From contig JASCQW010000098.1 in the NCBI GenBank assembly GCA_030264375.1, forward strand, positions 56,706,785 through 56,770,784: a stretch of 64,000 bases of DNA. The letters are read 5' to 3'. Each line of letters begins with the position of its first letter. Positions within the stretch are counted from its first letter, which is position 1. Of the stretch, positions 48,720-61,860 are shown in pieces. A program made the translations under genes and the position numbers. Origin of the DNA: Carcharhinus longimanus. Taxonomy: Eukaryota. The notes below the pieces were generated by a model that saw only the letters and a list, made by a program, of their open reading frames with translations, searched no databases and had not been told where the DNA came from.

Positions 48720-51700
48720 CTATTGAATCCATGGTGTCGCTCACTAAAATAACTTGTATTCTACTTCCACAAACTAACTATATTATGTATTTAATTAAGC
48801 AAGGTTAAATGGAAAGCCCCAAGTAGTTTGTTGTATAGCTATTTGTTTTAAATATCTACCCAGTTGCCCTCCCACTATAACAGAGTCCTCTTCTAACCAT
48901 CTCCCCTTTCCAGGCCAGTTACAGCTCTTGTCACCTCAGAATAATCATTACATTGATTTGTATTTTTTTAAAAAAATTCAGCATCTTCCAATAAAACTAA
49001 ACTTAGAGCACTATTATAGTTCCAATTTCAGGCCGACTACTAAATGTATGTTTATTCTCACTGCATTTCTGATTGTTAACACTGCTGACAACGTATGGCA
49101 TACTTTGCAGTGTGTTCCTTTTATAATTTTCCCTCCATTTTTCATTGATATTAATATCTGCACAAGTTCACTTACACCTAATCATATGGCCACCGTGCAT
49201 TGAGCTAATTTTGTTTTCTCTCCACCAAAGGAACAAAGGAATCCTGTTGGAAAATGAAATCATTGAACATTAATATTATTGTTCAATACTGAGAGAGCAA
49301 TGGATATCAAAGAAATAAGTTTACTTGGATCTGTAACTTCGTTCATGGAGTTCCAATGTTAGCCCCACACAATCAGAGGCAACATGGTGTGCATAGGTTG
49401 GAGTGATGGGGGGTAGGGGGCGGGGGGGATGATGGGGATATGGAGACCTTGAAGTATAAAAAAAGGGGCTGAGTGTTTACCTCCCCACTCACACAAGTTG
49501 CAGTTTTAATTCCCAGATTTCAGGAACTGTGTGAATTCTTTACTGCAACAAGGCAAGAACCTCATTAACATTCATAAGTGGAGTTCCGATGGCATAAATC
49601 AGAGCCCAATAGAAATATCTGACAGTTGCTGAGTGCTAAATGTTCTCACCTCTTGACATCCCCAACCCTCTCAGCACTTGGGACATATCATTCAGGTTCC
49701 TGGCAGTGGACTCCTGCCCACCTGAAATGCCATTCCTTCCATCCAATCCCTTACTATTCCCAACCAGGGAGTTGGCCCTGGAAATTGGTTAAGATAACGA
49801 GGCAACCATACAAGCCTGCCATTTGCCCTGCCCACACTCGCATCTCACTCGTTCCTGGAATTGAAATCAGGGCTTACAAGTTGCACTCATTTTACCTAAA
49901 TACATCATAGCATCATTCGCTTAAATGTAACTTTATCCATTGTGAAGTTGTTGTTCAAACCTATACCTAAATTTATGTTTGTGAAAAGATTCAACTGACA
50001 CTGTTGTCAAAATTCAATTTATCAACTTACAGCAAATACTCTTAGGTCCAAAACCTTTACACCAACATGATATTGCTACCTGCATAAGAAAGCAGTACCA
50101 TTTTATTATCTGTGTTCTCTGACAGTACATTTCTAATAACAGTCTGCCAGGATTTCACTTAGAAGACAGCTAAGTCTTGCTGCAACCATATAGCTTCAGT
50201 CCCCAGCCTAAATGTCACTACATTTTCATTAGTACTTTAAGTCTCTGAAAATCTGTGTCTTTGGAAGCATGCAAAGGAATGTCTAATGCTGCAAACCTGA
50301 TGGTGTAGTGCATTGTTATGCTACGGCAGTGTGAAATGGATTGTTGGAACATGGCTTTCACGTTTCACTGCGTGATCTTTTTTTCCAATCTCAATCAGCT
50401 GGTTTGGTGGGGTGCGGAGTAAATATACTCCACATAACAAGAGTGGAAGGTAAAGGGCAGCACGTGTACGTACCCGAGTCTGAGTAACATTTCACACACA
50501 GCAGTTTACATGATGGAGGTGTAGAAGCAGGATTCCTCTCTGCATTCTGAGTTGAAGAATGGTGCTGTAGAAAAATGTAAAGGTGAAGAGAAGAGTACTT
50601 CTTTTTTGTTTCTGGTGAGTGAGGTCACACCAAATAGCTCAATGGTGCTGCTTTGAACCAGAACACACAAGTCAACAATTTTGATTCCACATCTCAATTA
50701 AGTTTAATGTCAATTGAGCCAATAGTGAGGTCATTATTGAACCACATAACACCAATAAACTGAGAAGGAAAAATACCAACCTGGATTCATGCACCTGATC
50801 ATTAATCCAGTGACCCTTTCTGGAAAGTGCACTTCTGCTGGCAGAATGATGTCTCTTGATGATGCACTCTTTGTTAGTAGTAATTAGCTAAGCTCACACA
50901 AAATGAATAACATTTTAGAAAGGTATCAGAGGAGAGGGCTGCAGGTGCCTGTGGCATGATTCCCATCATGAGTCACCTACAGGGTATTTATTACTTTAAT
51001 AACTAGTTATGGAGAAGAGAGATGACTGAGACTACAATATGGTGAATATTGCTTTTGGAATAGCTTGCCGATCATAACTGTCTAATTATGTGTGACGATT
51101 GGCTTGTTTTGTTCGTTATCCTTTTTTGTGTCAATAAGAATTGTTTTTGCTTAGGAAAACAACAAGGAAAAAGAAAGTCACAATGATGTCACATGCAAAT
51201 AATCTAACAAGGCACTCTGATGTGATTTCTGTGCTTGTGAAGAAGTTAGAAATCTCCTCAATACTTAGTTAAAAGGTTACTGGTAGGGATCCTTTCATCT
51301 GAATGGTACCAACGCATTTCATTAGCCCTTCTGCAAGTCTTTCCAACTCCATATTTCCCCAAGGATCAATTATTTTGTTGAAATGTTGTATCTTTTTGCA
51401 GCTAATCCCATCTGATATGACACATTGTTTATTTCAAGAAATAAAACATTAAGACATTGTTTCTTTTAAAGGAACGCTCATGCTGTGATACAGTATTTTG
51501 CAATCTTATTGACAGAAAAATGATATTACAGGATTGTATGTGCTACTAAAATTTATCAGAGGTGAAAATCAGTAGGACTGCATCCCAGTAGAAGTGTTGT
51601 AGTGGGTAAATTGAAGTGGGAACTACGGCCTTCAAAGTAGGCTGCATACTGTGCTGAAGGTGTGTTGAGTCTTTAAAGGGAACGCAGAGGCCAATTTACC

Positions 51701-52308
51701 ACTAGGCCGAATAATAAATCCAGGAATTTGGTGAGTGAGGGAGTTTGGCACAATGCGGGAAGAAGTATAGTACTGGTCCCTTACAAAGAAGGATACAATC
51801 TGCATAGCAATCTTTTACTTGTGATTCTGAAGCAAGCATTGCTTTTTCATTGGTGAAACCTGCCAACAGCTAACGATGCTAGAGCTATGGATAAGCTATA
51901 AAATAGCCTTCTGGTCAATTAGGGAGAGATTCTGCCTCACAGCCACAAATTTCCAACTCAAATCCATTTCCATTAATATAAGATTTGAGACCACAAATGT
52001 GGCACAGGTGTTTTCCAAATTAAAATTCACTTGTAGGTATTTCACATTATATTAGACTCACTTCATTCAGGTGTACATCATCATTATTTGCTCAGATTAG
52101 CCTAGTCAAAGAGCGAAATGTGCTGGCACACCTCATGATTGGCACACAATGATGGTTGCAAGGGAGTTAGGGGCATTTCCTTTATTGTGGAACCAACAAT
52201 GTTGTGTTTTTTGTTCACTTTTTATTGAATGTTCATGTTAGTGTCCAGTGCTGTACTTACCATTCTGAGAACATTGCAGAATTTGCAGGCTTAGCTGGCT
52301 CTTAGGTG

Positions 52309-52615
52309 GGGCAGCACATCAGCACAGTGGTTAGCACTGCTGCCTTACAGCGCCAGGGACCTGGGTTCGATTCCTGGTTTGGGTCACTGTCTGTGTGGAA
52401 TTTGCACATTCTCCCTGTGTCCGCACGGGTTTCCTGTGGATGCTCTGGTTTCCTCCCACAGTCCAAAAGATGTGCTGGTTAGGTCCATTGGCCATGCTAA
52501 ATTCTTCCTCAGTATACCCAAACAGGAACCAGAGTGTGGCGTCTAGGGGATTTTCACAATGACTTCATTGCAGTGTTAATGTAAGCCTATTTGTGATGCT
52601 AATAAATAAGCTTAA
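52309..52615 (+). mobile_element. HE1/V-SINE, tail type II
   Basis: Full-length, GTGATGCTAATAAATAAGC end. Confidence 0.9.
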
Positions 52616-53129
52616 ACATAAAACTTTTCCTGTGCATTGTAACGGATGTTGTCTGAGATCGTTCTCAATAGAGATGACTGAAATGGTGTGGGTGAGTTCA
52701 AAGCCCTGGAAGAACTCTGCCAGCCAATGCCCTGAGATAGAGTCACATGTGGACAGTACAGGCCCTATTAGGCCTCTTATTTTCTTAGTTTGTTTGACTG
52801 GCAGCATGTCCTGTGCTCCCACCACCCCCAGGACGTCAGATCCTTCTCACTTCAATCCTCAATAGCCCCAACCCCATCCTCTCTCCTTCCTTGGGTCCTA
52901 ATTCCATTCCTCCATACTCCTGACCCCAGACCAACATACCACCTCACCGATAACTCACCCTCGCTAGTCTTGGACCTCCATGCAGGTTGCCATTCTTCTG
53001 CTCCCCTCTCTTGTGTCACAGAGTTCAATAAGGAAACTTGCTGACCTCAAACACAATTGCACAAAGCTGATTGGTGCATATTGCCTTTAAACAAACATGA
53101 ACCAGCTGTGATGGGCGGGGGCGTGGTGG

Positions 53130-53256
53130 TGCGGGATTTCCAGGCTACGCTTGCCCAAAACCAGAAAATCCCACCTGAGGTCATTGGACCTTTGCATGGC
53201 CCACTCCCTTCCCATTGCGATTCCCACGGTGGGTGGGATGGGAAACTACCCCGCCT
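53130..53256. mobile_element. Small Harbinger-type MITE (~130 bp family)
   Basis: GAAAATCCCACCTGAGGTCATTGGACCTTTGCATGG shared with 59525 (reverse) and 61670. Confidence 0.75.
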
Positions 53257-53796
53257 CCCCCAAGATATTTGTGTGCCGTTGACTTTACCTTGAAGGTAGA
53301 ACTTTATTTTTTTTAAATTTTACTCTAATGAGTATTCATGGCATGCAAGTGTATTGCAAATACAAATCCACCACATGCTACTGAGGCCCGTCACACTACA
53401 AGCACACAGTTGACTTTTCCTCTGCATCTCAACCTTCCATTGGGAAATCATTTCTGGTTCTTGTGGGCTCCAGTTTGTGTCTTCATCCCCATGGATTATT
53501 TTTGAACCAAGGGGCAATGGGCAGCAATGATGGCCCTTAATTGAGCCTCAAAGAGTGATTACTTCAGATAATCCAGCCTCTAGTATCCCAGTGACGACAG
53601 TGGATTTATTAGGAGCAGAGTATAACATCGGCTCCTTGATTTAGTGCTGCAATACTGTCAGTAAGTTCCTTCCGACCTTCCTAAGGAAACTCCTGAACTA
53701 GGGCACTTATCAGCATGCAGATCTCCGAGAGGATGATATCAATAAATAAGAAACATTTCTGGTATCATCAAATAGATGAAAGTAAAAATTTGACAA

Positions 53797-54118
53797 ATGG
53801 CACGGTGGTTAGCACTGCTGCTTCACAACAGCAGGAACCCAGGTTCAATTCTGACCTTGGGTAACTATCTGTGTGGAGCTTGCACATTCTCCCCATGTAT
53901 GTGTGGGTTTTCTTCAGGGATCTGGTTATCTCCCATAGTCGAAGGATGTGTGGGATTAGGTGGATTGGCCATGATAAATTGCCCCTTAGTGTCCCAAGTT
54001 TTGTAGGTAAAGTGGATGAAGGGTTACGGGGATTGGGTGGGTAGGTCTGGCTAAGATGCTGAATCTGTGCAAACTTGATGGGCCAAATGGCCTCCTTCTG
54101 CACTGTAGGGATTCTATG
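53797..54118 (+). mobile_element. HE1/V-SINE, tail type I
   Basis: Head, V-domain, CTGTAGGGATTCTATG. Confidence 0.9.
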
Positions 54119-54199
54119 AAAATGCTTACAGCACGCATACATCTGCTGGCTCTCAGAAGGAGCAAGTCACCTATGGTGCCAGTCCTCCTGCCTTCTCCC

Positions 54200-55190
54200 C
54201 ATTGCCCTTCGCATTCTTCATTTTTAGATAGTTATTCATCTTTCTTGAATGCTTCAATTTAACTACCCTCCACCACATTCTCCAGCAGAGTGCATTCCCG
54301 ATCCTAACTATACACTGCGTGAAAAAACTTTTCCTCATGGCACCATTGCTATTTTTGGTAATCTTTGCCCCGTTGTTCTCGATCCTGGGATAAGTCTTTC
54401 CCTATCTACTCTGTCCAGACCCCTCATGGTTTTGAATATCTCTATCAAATCTTCTCTCAACCTTCTCTTTGTGAAGGAAAACAGTCCCAACTTCCCCAAT
54501 CTATCTACATAACCAAAGTTCCTCATCTCTGGAAGCATTCTCATTAATATTTTCTGCACATTCTCTACTGCCTTCCCAAAATGTGGCACACAAAAATGGA
54601 TGCAATATTCCATTTAAAGCCAAACCGTTGTCTGATACAAGTTTAACATAACTTCCTTGCTTTTGAACTCTAGTCCCCATTAATAAAACCTTGGATGTCG
54701 GATGCTTTATTACCACTCTTACAATCTGCCCCAGTGATTTAGACACATGTACAGCCAGGTCTATCTGCTCCTGCATGCCGTTTAGAATTGTGTCCTTTGT
54801 TTTATGTTGCCACTCCACATTCTTTCTCCCAAAATGAATCACTTCACACAGCTTGCATTAAATTTTATCTATCACTTGTGCGTCCATTCCACCAACCTGT
54901 CCATGTCTTAATGAGGTCCTGCGCTATCCTCCTCACAGTTCACCATGTTTCCACATTTTGCATCAACCACAAATGCTGAAATTGTGCCCTGTACATCATG
55001 GCTTAGGTCATTAATATATCTCAGGGACAACATGGGTCCAAAGTGACCCCTGCAGTACTCCAATACAAACATTTCTGCAGTCCAACAGACATTAGTTTAC
55101 CATTACTCTCCTGCCACTCAGCCAATTTAATATCCATATTGCTATTGTCCCTTTTATTCCATGAGTTCTAATTTTGCTCACAAGCCTTTT
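54200..55190 (-). mobile_element. CR1 LINE RT to 3' region
   Basis: RLVSKIRTHGIKG..WILNWLSGR; IHFGRKN; EYCIHFCVPH..RLGKLGLFSFTKRRLREDLIEIFK. Confidence 0.9.
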
Positions 55191-56082
55191 GTGTCTCTGC
55201 TCTGGAAAGATTAATATTTTCAAAATTAAATCCTCATGAGTTGCCATCAGGAGTACATTATTTTGCCAAACCCTGAAAAAGATGTAGCTCTTTAACTTTA
55301 GATGTAACCCCAATATTGAAAGAGATTTCATGATCATTTCCACTTCTTGACGAGTTTGTAAAAGAAAACACCAAAGAACAGAAGCAAATGAGGCATCTGA
55401 TTCAGTGCGCAAGCTGAGCATTGGGACTGTACTGTGTGCTTCACCCAAAACCCACATCCAATCCCTGCAATTATGAAAGTAAATGCACGATTTATAGAAC
55501 ATTCTTCAAGATACTCATGAATATTTTAGTGTGAAACAGATGGTGATGTTCTTCTTTACGACCCATTGAAGAAAATGGAGAATTCTAATTTATGTAATCA
55601 ATCTTGGCTGTGGTGTAAACTTGCAGTGGTAGCTTTTAAAGGGTTAATCTTCGAGGGGTTTGCTGACTTTATTTGCAGTTCAGCTGGACCATCATAAGAT
55701 ATATGATTGCTGTAACCCTAAATGTAATAACCTAAATTCCTAGAGGAATGGATTAACACAGAGCTGATATAATTTACCAGCTGAATCCACTGTTTTTCTG
55801 AATTGCTGACACAAAACAGTACAATATGAAATGTTGATCTTCCCATAAAAAGCCAAATCCCTGAGTGAAAATAACTGCAAAACAATGGCTGGAAGTTTCC
55901 TGGCACGCCCACCCTGATTCTGGGGGGCAGGTGAGGCTAGGAGAACAGCATTCTCCGTTAGCCACGGGCAGGATTGTATGAACCTCGCGTGGGCGTGCTG
56001 GTAAAATTCTGACTGAAGTGTTGATAATTTGGTGATTGAAAACTTTTTCAGTCACAGATACAACCAAGAATTCTGTAAGCAA

Positions 56083-56749
56083 TTCAGGAAAATGTTACTT
56101 TGTCAGGGCTGAAAGCAAGGCAGTCGTGGAGGAGGAGAGAATATAAAGTTAGAGGCCAAGACTCGGAAATGCTCACTGCTGTCACACAAATGAGGTAATG
56201 GATTGAGTAGGCATTCATTGTGTTAATAACACTCACTAAGGATAGCAGTTATACATTATTAGAAAAATCTGTCTCAAACCAATTGCATTCAGTTTGGAGT
56301 TTATGCCATTACTGTGCCTTATAGTGTAGTTGGCCCAACTACAGTAATCAGTACTGGCTTACTTTGTCAATATTTTCAAGTTTTGTTTGATTGTTTAAAA
56401 CAAGGAGAAATATTGCCGTACCACACATAGTGGACAGGTTAAATGTTAATGGAGTGAAAGAAAATGTTCTAATATCCAGTCAGAAAATATTGGAGGAGAT
56501 ACACTATAGTCACACCATTAAATATTATGGAAAAGTGAATTTTGGAAAATATAACAGAAAACAGAGAATACTGTAAATACATACAATGTCCATTAGCTAT
56601 TGTGAAGAAAGTTGATTTTTCAGGAAAAGATTACTTTGTCAGGGCTGAAAGCAAGGCAGTAGTGGAGGAGGAAAGAATAGGAAGTTAGAGGCCAAGAGTC
56701 GGAAATGCTCACTGCTGTCACACAAATGAGTTAATGGATTGAGTAGGCA
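56083..56749 (+). repeat. 131-bp direct repeat pair (56083-56213, 56619-56749)
   Basis: Ungapped alignment by eye, 8 mismatches in 131 bp, 405-bp spacer. Confidence 0.9.
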
Positions 56750-57025
56750 GCAAACCAATGTCTTAAAGAGATGGGAAGACATTGCTACAAATTTGGGTCT
56801 TCCATAGATCCTCTCAGCTCAGTAACAACAGATAATCCATCAATTAGCCTGAGTGGTTCACGTTTATGGGAGTTGGCCGATTCTGTCCTATATCCCTTTG
56901 TGGTCTGAACCAATTATCCATACATTTAGTATGCATATTTCTTCAATATCTTTGATTTTAACTTGAATTAACATGAGATGAGGTAAGGTTTGAATCAAAT
57001 CACTACGCTGTATCATTCAGATAGT

Positions 57026-57095
57026 GAATCGTAGTCGTGATGTGGATATGCCGGCGTTGGACTGGCCCAACGCCGGCATATCCACATCATGACTA
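57026..57095. mobile_element. Fold-back micro-insertion of Penelope-like family B terminus
   Basis: 30-bp arms (57031-57060, 57067-57096; 1 mismatch), 6-nt loop; 12-bp TSD CATTCAGATAGT (57014, 57096). Confidence 0.85.
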
Positions 57096-59104
57096 CATTC
57101 AGATAGTCACCCAGAGTTAGTTTTGAACAGATTCACTTGTTTCAATTTACCTTTGCGTAATTACATAAAATTATTTATAACTGATGCAAAAATCTGATAC
57201 AATGCAAATATCTTAAAAACACAGAAGTTGTTATCTATTGATAATTTTGTGTTGCAATGAGAAGCTAGTTAAGCGTAAACAACTAATTACATAAATATAT
57301 AATATTGCAGCTATTATTACTGTTTAGAAGTTCTTTGCTAGTTAAAGCTTAAAATGAAAGTTAGCTATAATATCTGTCTATTGTTCTCAGAGATCCCTAA
57401 TTCAGCGGTACTTAACTGATATCAACCTCTCTGCAATTTGTATTACAACCCAGGCTGGACCTATCTCCCTTGTTGTGCACTTCTCTCAGCACTTCACGCC
57501 TATCTCCAGTTTCAGCTTTTAGCGACCGTGCCCTCTGCATACCACTCTCCTGAGGGAAATCCATTGGACTAATATGGTAATGACCCTGCTGAGTCATTAG
57601 TTAAAAGGATGGCGCAGTAGCCATGAATGTGGACAGCTGCTTGAGAATCAAATTATCTTTCATTGTTTAAAGGACATTAGTTCAGACACTTCATCTGAAA
57701 CATAAACACCTCTCAGCCTGACCGTCCTGTTAATATAGTCCCTTTAGAATGACAGTGCAACGGTAGCATTTGTAACCTAATTTAGGACAAGGCTTCCCCA
57801 CTGTGTGGGAGCCTAGTCTGAAATTTCAAAACATGACTGAAATTAATACTGCAGAATGATATTTAAAGATTTATCTCTGTGATGCAGGGCAAAGATGATA
57901 ACAGAGCAAAGCCATGGGAGAGATATACTTGAAATCCTTAAGAAGATGTAATAAATAAACATGGCACACAAATGCTGAAAATATGCATGAAAAGAGAAAA
58001 TGCCAGAATTATATGGGAATTCTGCCAGTAACCAAAAGATTTATTTGTGAGTTGTCAACTCTGCATCCTTGAATAGTGTTCAAAGCTTTCTCCTGGACAT
58101 TCTGCAATACATTGAACCAGAGACTGGCCCTAACAGCACCAGACTATACACATCTCCGTCATTCTCTTTTCAAACAGAGGTTCTGGGGATACATTAAAAG
58201 ACAATGAACATCTGGGGAGATGAGTGCTACTTTTTTACAGCTGGTTTTACATTTTTCATTACTTAAAATATTTATGGCTGATGTGTTTCACGGTACTATA
58301 ATGTGTAAACCTCAGCTCCCGATATATTCACTTGCCTTAGTGTAAAGCTAGCATTTATAACGCAGTCAGTTACCAAAGAATCCTTTTCAGATCACACCAA
58401 TCCTTTGTGTAATGATATTCTTTCACAAGATCCTTCTTGTCAATGAAGGCAGTGGGAAAACATTACTGCTGACTTTCATTTTAGTTTTTAAGTGGCAAAA
58501 AACTTCTAAACGGTAATAATAGCTGTAATATCATACATTTGTGTAATCAGTTGTTTACCCTNNNNNNNNNNNNNNNNNNNNNNNNNNNNNNNNNNNNNNN
58601 NNNNNNNNNNNNNNNNNNNNNNNNNNNNNNNNNNNNNNNNNNNNNNNNNNNNNNNNNNNNNNNNNNNNNNNNNNNNNNNNNNNNNNNNNNNNNNNNNNNN
58701 NNNNNNNNNNNNNNNNNNNNNNNNNNNNNNNNNNNNNNNNNNNNNNNNNNNNNNNNNNNNNNNNNNNNNNNNNNNNNNNNNNNNNNNNNNNNNNNNNNNN
58801 NNNNNNNNNNNNNNNNNNNNNNNNNNNNNNNNNNNNNNNNNNNNNNNNNNNNNNNNNNNNNNNNNNNNNNNNNNNNNNNNNNNNNNNNNNNNNNNNNNNN
58901 NNNNNNNNNNNNNNNNNNNNNNNNNNNNNNNNNNNNNNNNNNNNNNNNNNNNNNNNNNNNNNNNNNNNNNNNNNNNNNNNNNNNNNNNNNNNNNNNNNNN
59001 NNNNNNNNNNNNNNNNNNNNNNNNNNNNNNNNNNNNNNNNNNNNNNNNNNNNNNNNNNNNNNNNNNNNNNNNNNNNNNNNNNNNNNNNNNNNNNNNNNNN
59101 NNNN

Positions 59105-59268
59105 GTTGGACTGAGGTAAAACACAAAGAAATCCCACAACACCAGTTTAAAGTCCAAACAGGTTTATTTGTAGCAAAAGCCACAAGCTTTCGGGACAGCT
59201 TGGCCCTTCGTCAGGCGGTTGGGAGTTCAGAACTTTAAACTGGTGTTATGGGATTTCTTTGTGTTTTA
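59105..59268. mobile_element. Penelope-like family B variant, asymmetric inverted termini
   Basis: AAAACACAAAGAAATCCCACAACACCAGTTTAAAGT is inverted as ACTTTAAACTGGTGTTATGGGATTTCTTTGTGTTTT. Confidence 0.8.
59180..59218 (-). ncRNA. Minimal type I hammerhead ribozyme motif, apparently intact
   Basis: ccgc CUGACGA a ggg-ccaagcugu-ccc GAAA g CUU gugg. Confidence 0.7.
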
Positions 59269-59524
59269 GAAGCACCAGGACAGACAAAAGCACATTGAAG
59301 ACAGACACTAAAGGAATGCAGAAAAGTGATTAGTTGACTTTTTCATGCTTTATGGCATGGGTTAATTTATAAATTTGGTTTGGAATGTTTATTTTGTGGT
59401 GGCTTTTGATTTTGCCTCATGATGAGTCAAATGCTGTGATGGTCAGAACTAGAGGAATGATGAAGCATTAAACCTGTTGGTGAATGGGGAAATTTGGACT
59501 GCAGGTGCTGATATTGCACTTAGA

Positions 59525-59650
59525 GAGTGTAATTTTCCTGTCCCGCCCACCACAGGTATCGTAGTGGGTGGGACAAGACCATGCAAAGGTCCATTGACCT
59601 CGGGTGGGATTTTCCAGTCTTCGGGCGAGTATCGCTGGAAAATCCCACCC
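59525..59650. mobile_element. Small Harbinger-type MITE
   Basis: GAGTGTAATTTTCC / GGAAAATCCCACCC, TSD AGA. Confidence 0.8.
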
Positions 59651-59659
59651 AGAGAGTTT

Positions 59660-59975
59660 TTCACCTGTTTGAAAAGAATTTTTCAGCTTACCGCCTCCTT
59701 TCCTCTTCCTCATGCTCCTCCTTATGAGCTGCTTATCGTAGAGCCAGTGGAAAGGGCTCCCTTTACACGATGGCAAGCACAGTTGTACAACAATGCCCCA
59801 GAACACCAGGAATCTTGCACCCTCTCAGTATTACGGGGCCCTGAAGAGTTGTTTTTTCAACCTTCAGATGGACTGTTCTATCGCATTCCATGCGGCAGCA
59901 CATCTTTCATACACAAGTGTACATACTGGCTGGCACTGTACCACCTTGCCCGCCATGAAATCGGTGCGGGTGAGG
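59660..59975 (-). pseudogene. Harbinger transposase C-terminal relic
   Basis: YERCAAAWNAIEQSI*RLK (cf. YN..H..TR..IE.T.G.LK) and LAIV*REPFPLALR*AAHKEEHEEEE acidic tail. Confidence 0.6.
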
Positions 59976-61213
59976 ATAATACAATGGAAATCTCTGTTGA
60001 TCTTGGGTGGGGATGTCATGGTTTGGGGGAGGGGGCAAGGCCATCAGTGTTTGTCACCCAGTAGCTACCCTTTGGTTTGCTCTGGTGGTTCAAATGCAGC
60101 TGACACAATAGACCGCCACAGAGTGAAAGCATCATGACTGCCACTTTAATCTGAATAAGATGAATAATGGCTGTGCACCAGCTCATGTGCACGCAGTCAA
60201 TGGCGCTTTGTCTCATGGGGATATTTCCAATCTGGACAAAGCTGTTTGCTCACTCTTTCTGCTTATCTCTGGCAAGACTGGTTATAATACTTTGAGCTGC
60301 CCATTGAAACAGAGGGCATCAGAGAGAGCTCTCTTATGGAACAGTGGATGGCAATAAGAAGATTTCTCCACCTTCAACCTGGAAGAAGCCAAACGTCTAA
60401 AAGTTCACGACTGGCATCAATTTTATAGCGGCTGGTTTTCATTGTGTGCATGCTGTGGTATCACCTTTCTCATAATATTTTAAACCAATTTCTAATGAGT
60501 CCATGTATCACAGAGAAGATGTCCAACTGGACACATTATCAGTGGGGAATGCAGGGTGGTGATCAGGAGGGCTATGGTTTGTATTTCCCTCGAGCTTTCC
60601 TGAACTCTCTGATATTGAAGCCAGATATTGGTCAAGAAAATCAATTAAGCTGTGTTCCACTGAGATTTGTGTCCTTGGTTGGCACTAATTTTATAATGTG
60701 AACGATAATTATCTTGCTTTTGAACAGAAATCTATCATTTTCCAGATTGCTGTGCAGTGGGGTAATGGAGGGATAATGGAGAGGTGATGGTGTGTGTGCC
60801 AAAAATAAAACCATGTGTCAAGTTAACATGTCAAAAGCTTTTGATTCCTTGCATCCATTCTGAGGGAACAGACAGAACTGGAGGTAAATTCCAGGCTCAT
60901 CTCCTGGAATATTATTTTCTACACATCAGAACAAACTGCTTGCTCTCGGGTGATTNNNNNNNNNNNNNNNNNNNNNNNNNNNNNNNNNNNNNNNNNNNNN
61001 NNNNNNNNNNNNNNNNNNNNNNNNNNNNNNNNNNNNNNNNNNNNNNNNNNNNNNNNNNNNNNNNNNNNNNNNNNNNNNNNNNNNNNNNNNNNNNNNNNNN
61101 NNNNNNNNNNNNNNNNNNNNNNNNNNNNNNNNNNNNNNNNNNNNNNNNNNNNNNNNNNNNNNNNNNNNNNNNNNNNNNNNNNNNNNNNNNNNNNNNNNNN
61201 NNNNNNNNNNNNN

Positions 61214-61348
61214 CTAAATTGTCTCTCAGTGTCAGGGGGATTAGCAGAGTAAATACTTGGATTACGGAGATAAGACCTGTGTGGCATTGTTGTCGGTGCA
61301 GGCTCAATGGGCTAACTAGCCTCTTCTGCACTGTAGGGATTCAATGAG
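61214..61348 (+). mobile_element. HE1/V-SINE 3' half, tail type I
   Basis: CTAAATTGTCTCTCAGTGTC..CTGCACTGTAGGGATTCAATGA; head lies in the gap. Confidence 0.8.
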
Positions 61349-61544
61349 TCTACTGATGGGAATGTTTACAATTAACTGAAAATTTAGGTTAAAAATGGGT
61401 TTTAAGAAACTTTGACCATGGAGGAATTTGAAGATGAAGGCAAGGATTTTAAAATCAACTCATGATCCCAAAGCATTACTTGAAGAAGTGGAAGGAGGCC
61501 TCCCAGTGTGAGGGAAATGCCTTCCCTCCTTCATTAGCATTAAA

Positions 61545-61860
61545 AGCAAATCAGTGGTGATTCATTTCATTGTTGTTTGGTGATTTTGATGTACATTAAA
61601 TGGCTGCAGCATTTATTGATAGAAATAGCAACTACATTGCAAAGGAATCCTTTGTATATGGAACACCTTGGGCAGGACTTTATGGTCTCGCTCATCCCGA
61701 AACTGTAAAATCTCGCCTGTGGTCAATGGACCTTTCCATGATCCACCCCTCGCCGGCTCCAATTCTCATGGCAGGCAGGACGATAAAATTGTGGTGTTTA
61801 AGTAATTTCTGTGATGTAATAAAAAATGAATCTTTCTACAGCAATGAAATAACTATTGTC
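61545..61860 (+). mobile_element. Deu-SINE relic interrupted by a small MITE (~61670-61793)
   Basis: CATTGTTGTTTG..AAATGGCTGCAGCATTT..AGCAACTACATTGCAAAG..ACACCTTGGG; MITE core GTCAATGGACCTTTCCATG. Confidence 0.6.

Noticed and set aside
59477-60064. 195-aa plus-strand ORF
   Set aside because: It spans a MITE and the antisense of a Harbinger relic
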